From an uncultured Nitrososphaerota archaeon (GTDB taxonomy: Archaea; Korarchaeota; Korarchaeia; Korarchaeales; Korarchaeaceae), in contig CAZQNA010000008.1 of assembly GCA_964594835.1 (NCBI GenBank), forward strand, positions 1-64,000: DNA of 64,000 bases. Reading direction: 5' to 3'. Below are positions 60,256 to 64,000 of this stretch, one piece after another. Below the pieces are notes generated by a model, which saw nothing but the letters and a program-made list of their open reading frames with translations, was not told the origin of the DNA and did no database searches. How positions within the stretch are numbered: position 1 is the stretch's first letter; every line of letters begins with the position of its first letter. A program made the position numbers and the translations under genes.

Positions 60256-62861
60256 ACGCAGCGGGGGCGTGGGCTCGCCGAGCCCCCCATGGAGCCCAGC
60301 TCACCGACGACCAGGAGGGCTCCCCCGAAGTCCCTCAGGGCCCTCCTGGCCCCCTCGCCGAGGCACCTGACCTCGGGCGCCACCACGACCTCGTAACGGC
60401 TCAGCTCATCGGGGCCCAGCTCCTCCACCGGCAGGACGTCGAACTGGACCCTGGCCCTCACCAGCTCCTCCACGGCTCGCCTGAAGGCGGCCATGTGCAC
60501 GGTCCCCGACACGTCGTAGGGGTCGTTCACGTAGCCGTCCGCGTGGTCCCTCGAGGCCCTCGAGAAGAGGACGGCGACCCTCGCGCCCGACTCCCTCTCC
60601 CCAGGTAGCAGCCCCACGAGCCGGAGGGCCCTCCTCCTGAACCTGGGATCCACGGTGCCCGTCATGTAGCCGTCGAAGTTCGTCTCGAAGAACCCCTCGG
60701 CCGCGGCGAGCACGAGGGCCAGCTGCCTGGCCGCGTCAGAGGGGTCGACTCCGTATGTGAGGGGGAGCACCGGCCTGCCCGGGGTGCACGAGCCGGCGTG
60801 CTTCAGCATGGCCAGGTAGTCGGACCACGCCCTCAACCCTGCCTTTCCGGGCTCTCCCCAGGCCGGCGGGCCAATCTCGGGTACCAGGGCCACGATGGGG
60901 CACCACCTCAGCGTGGTGGGGTCGAATCCCAGCTCGTTCCCGGAGGCGTCCACGGAGGAGGTCTCCACCATGAGCGCGCCGCCCGCGTCGAAGACAGCCT
61001 CCGCCACCTCAAGGACGAAGTCCAGCGTGACCTCGTGCCTCCAAGCCAGCCACCTCCTGAAGACCCAGCTCCCCCAGTCTGGCTCCGCGGGCGGGTCCTC
61101 CCAGTATAGCTCCCTGAACGACTCAGCCCCCCACCTCGACGCGTCCGGCCAGAGGTCGCTGAGGTCCTCCGTCAGGTAGGAGGGCATGTGGGGGACGTCG
61201 AGCCAGACGGCGTCGGCCCCGCCCTCCTCGACGAGCCTCCTGGCCCTGTCCGCTATCACCCGGCGGTGGGGGGAGGCGGGCGAGACCCACGCGTCCTCCT
61301 CGCTGGGCCCCACCCACACCACGCCCAGCTCCCTGCCCGAGGCCAGTAGAGGGGTGCCGTCCAGCGCCCTCTGGACCCAGCCCCGGTGGTCTGATCCGAA
61401 GGTCCCGCCCGAGGCAGGGTCGGACACAACCTCCAGGGCCGGCAGGTAGACGGCCACCCTGAGCCCCCTGCGGTGGGCCTCGCGGGTCACCTCCCCCACC
61501 ACCCGGAGCGCCTCCCTGAAGCCTTCCTCGTCGTAGAGCAGGCGGTATGAGCTCAGCCCGACGTCTAGCTCGATCAGGCTCACCCCCTGGGCGGCAAGCC
61601 CTCCCACGGCAGAGGCGACGTCCGAGCCTGCCTCATCGGGGCCCATCCAGAGGGACGCCGCCCTGACGCCGTAGAGCCAAGAGAGCCTCTCCCTGCCGGA
61701 CTTCACCTCCCTGAACCCCTCGAAGACCGCACGCACCGCGTCCCAGAGGTCGAGCTCCTCGGCCTCCCCGAACCAGTGGACGTAGACCCCGTCGGCCCCT
61801 CCCTCGGCCAGCCACATCCCCCTCCTCCTCGCCTCCCGGACGGGGTCCTCCAGGCCGGAGACGCCCTGGAGGTATGTGGAGGCCACCACCCTGGCGCAGG
61901 CCCTCCTGGCCTGGGCCACGGCCCTCAGGTGCCACGGCCTGGACTCCCCGGACGGCACCATGACGTAGAGCGTCCCCGACCCCGTCGCCTCGGCCAGCGC
62001 GGCGTAGTCGAGCCCGTAGGCGGCGAGGGGGTCCCAGATGAGGAGGTGGGGCCTCACGGGCAGGTCGGGGTCGACCTCGTGGACGGCGTCGGCGATGATC
62101 TCGATCAGCCTGGTGACCTGGGCCGCCCTCCACCTGACCCACGTCTCCCTCGCGTCCTCGTCCGACTCCAGGAACTCGGCCCACTCCCTGGGGCCGGACC
62201 CCGGGACCCTGACGCCCGTGTCGTTCTCGAAGGCCCTCACGGTGAACTCGTCGTAGCTCGTCGTCAGGGTGACGTCCTGGGACTCGAGGTATTGGTCGGA
62301 GAACTGGAAGTTGTCGTTCACGTCGACGCCGTCGAAGCCCAGGGAGGCGATCTCCCTGAACAGGGCCCTCAGCGTGGACACGCACTCCGGCTCCCTCACG
62401 AGCCTGGCCGGGGACACGATCCTGTGGAAGTAGTCGCCCTCGTAGAAGTCGGCAGGCCTCCCGTCCGATAGAACGGCTATCCAGTCACGGTGCTCCCTTA
62501 GCCACACCTCGTGGGGTATGTTCACCCACGCGTAGACCCTCAGGCCCAGGCGGTGGGCCTCCCTCACCACGCTCGAGACGTAGCCCGGGTCGGCGTGGTC
62601 CGCCATGGGGAGGACCCTAGAGGGGTAGAGTGCGGCCCCGCCGTCGACCACCGTCACCAGGACCGCGTTGCCGCCGGACTCCAGGATCCTCCTGAGGCCC
62701 TCCACCACATCGCAGTCCCCAGGAGAGGCGCAGGGCTCGTAGACCCCGAGCTCCGGCCCCTCTGGGGGAGGTGCTGGCTGGCCCGGGCCGGCGGACCGCG
62801 CGACGTCGGAGGGGATCCAGAGGACCAGCAGGATCAGGAGGGTCAGAGCCCTGGGCCTCAA
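60240..62861 (-). CDS. Secreted glycoside hydrolase with two GH10-like (DUF187-type) barrels and a GATase1-like domain
   Basis: Signal peptide; REAHRLGLRVYAW..GFDGVDVND and REAHRRGLRVAVY..GADAVWLD repeated; VAVLFS..FDVL..LSRYEVVVAP. Confidence 0.75.
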   Translation of the reverse strand: MRPRALTLLILLVLWIPSDVARSAGPGQPAPPPEGPELGVYEPCASPGDCDVVEGLRRILESGGNAVLVTVVDGGAALYPSRVLPMADHADPGYVSSVVREAHRLGLRVYAWVNIPHEVWLREHRDWIAVLSDGRPADFYEGDYFHRIVSPARLVREPECVSTLRALFREIASLGFDGVDVNDNFQFSDQYLESQDVTLTTSYDEFTVRAFENDTGVRVPGSGPREWAEFLESDEDARETWVRWRAAQVTRLIEIIADAVHEVDPDLPVRPHLLIWDPLAAYGLDYAALAEATGSGTLYVMVPSGESRPWHLRAVAQARRACARVVASTYLQGVSGLEDPVREARRRGMWLAEGGADGVYVHWFGEAEELDLWDAVRAVFEGFREVKSGRERLSWLYGVRAASLWMGPDEAGSDVASAVGGLAAQGVSLIELDVGLSSYRLLYDEEGFREALRVVGEVTREAHRRGLRVAVYLPALEVVSDPASGGTFGSDHRGWVQRALDGTPLLASGRELGVVWVGPSEEDAWVSPASPHRRVIADRARRLVEEGGADAVWLDVPHMPSYLTEDLSDLWPDASRWGAESFRELYWEDPPAEPDWGSWVFRRWLAWRHEVTLDFVLEVAEAVFDAGGALMVETSSVDASGNELGFDPTTLRWCPIVALVPEIGPPAWGEPGKAGLRAWSDYLAMLKHAGSCTPGRPVLPLTYGVDPSDAARQLALVLAAAEGFFETNFDGYMTGTVDPRFRRRALRLVGLLPGERESGARVAVLFSRASRDHADGYVNDPYDVSGTVHMAAFRRAVEELVRARVQFDVLPVEELGPDELSRYEVVVAPEVRCLGEGARRALRDFGGALLVVGELGSMGGSASPRPRCVWAGR

Positions 62862-62986
62862 CGCATCCTCCGCCGTGCCCGGGGGACCCGGCTAAATAAC
62901 TCGACTCGCCCGCCGCCGTTCGCCCGGGCGGGCCGAGTTTAATTAGCTCCGGGAGGCGGACGCCAGAACCCCGAGAGGGGTCCGAG

Positions 62987-64000
62987 TTGGGACGTAGGGG
63001 CGCGCTGCTGGCCCTGCTCGCCGCGACCCTGGTGGCGGAGACCGCCGAGGGGATCTTCTACGTGGCGGTAGAGTGGGTGGGCTACGAGTCGACGGGGAGC
63101 TCCCTGGGCTACGGCCTGACGCTCGCCTTCGAGATCCTCCCCTTCACAGCCACGTCGGTCGTGGCAGGGTGGGCTGTTGACAGGCTCGGGTCGGCCAGGG
63201 CGGCGCTCCTGGGCCTCGCGTCCGCCTCGGCCGTCGCGGCGGCCTCGGCCTGGGCGCTGGGCCTCGGCTCCCTTGGAGCCTGGGCCTCGGCCGTCGCCGC
63301 CTCGCAGCCCCTGGACCTGTGGAGCTACGGGCTTGAGGCCACCCTCCCGGTCGTGTCCGGGGGAGCTGGCCCGGCCCTCCAGACCCTCGTCTCCAGGATC
63401 AGCCTGGCGGGCTCTGTGGGCAACGGCGTCGGCTACGGGCTGGGCGGCAGGGTCGTGGGGAGGGCCGGGGCGACCTGGGCGGCAGGGGCGGCCTCCGTCT
63501 CGTTCGCCCTCGCGGCCGGCCTCGCTCTGAGGTCCTGCCTCACCCCCTCCGCCTGGGGTCCCGGGGGGCGAGGGGAGGCGGTCGCGGCGGCCTCCCAGTG
63601 GGAGGGGTTCTCGTCGGTCCTTTCCCCCAGGATAGCCCCCCTGGTGGCCTACGGCCTAGTGGGCAACCTGCTCTTCGGACTGGGCAGGGCCCTCTGGGCC
63701 CCCATACTCGCCTCGAAGGGGCCCGGGGCGTACGGGGACCTCTTCCTCTCCATGTCCCTTGCGTCCACCGGCACCTACCTCGTCATGGAGAGGGTGGACA
63801 CGTCCAGGAGGACTGGGGCCTTCATAGCCGGGGCCTTCGGCCTCCAGGGCCTGGTCACCTCTCTCTTCCCGAGGTTCCCGAGCCCCTACCTGGTCGGGGC
63901 CCTGTTCGGGTCCCTCGGGGCCGCCCTGTGGGTGGCGTGGAGGAGCTACCTCCTGGCGGTGATCCCAGAGGGCTCCAGGGGCAGGGGGCTCGCCTTGGTC
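62987..64000 (+). CDS. MFS transporter (runs off the window)
   Basis: Own translation from TTG 62987: MGRRGALLALLAATLVAETAEGIFYVAVEWVGYESTGS..VAGWAVDRLGSAR (MFS motif A-like). Confidence 0.75.
   Translation, partial: MGRRGALLALLAATLVAETAEGIFYVAVEWVGYESTGSSLGYGLTLAFEILPFTATSVVAGWAVDRLGSARAALLGLASASAVAAASAWALGLGSLGAWASAVAASQPLDLWSYGLEATLPVVSGGAGPALQTLVSRISLAGSVGNGVGYGLGGRVVGRAGATWAAGAASVSFALAAGLALRSCLTPSAWGPGGRGEAVAAASQWEGFSSVLSPRIAPLVAYGLVGNLLFGLGRALWAPILASKGPGAYGDLFLSMSLASTGTYLVMERVDTSRRTGAFIAGAFGLQGLVTSLFPRFPSPYLVGALFGSLGAALWVAWRSYLLAVIPEGSRGRGLALV

Overview
GC-rich, AGG-codon-rich DNA with archaeal-type promoters, T-tract terminators and gene families. It is most likely a thermophilic archaeon (inference; I cannot fix the taxon). 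Positions 1-10.1 kb hold housekeeping and stress genes, two HEPN-MNT pairs, a vapBC pair, a two-pseudogene deletion scar and an ABC-2 exporter operon. Positions 10.1-20.6 kb are a visibly lower-GC accessory block: wHTH proteins, a Csa3-like CARF-HTH, a stand-alone CARF protein and an unrecognised two-gene module present in two inverted copies. Next come a complete type III-B cmr4-5-1-6-cas10-cmr3 operon and a ~16 kb CRISPR array (about 205-210 repeats, estimated). An operon of PD-(D/E)XK nuclease, wHTH protein, AAA+ ATPase, cas1, cas2 and cas4 follows, then cas6 and a second copy of the leader. The best finding lies behind that second leader: a new 8-copy CRISPR repeat that is a chimera of the first 13 nt of the canonical repeat plus spacer DNA. 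It appears to have been created by two off-register spacer integrations into the leader and then propagated by 36-37 nt duplications, ahead of the older 34-repeat canonical array. The right end carries a membrane-anchored protein, an MNT pseudogene, a COG1373 ATPase, a methyltransferase, a frameshifted secreted double glycoside hydrolase and an MFS transporter.
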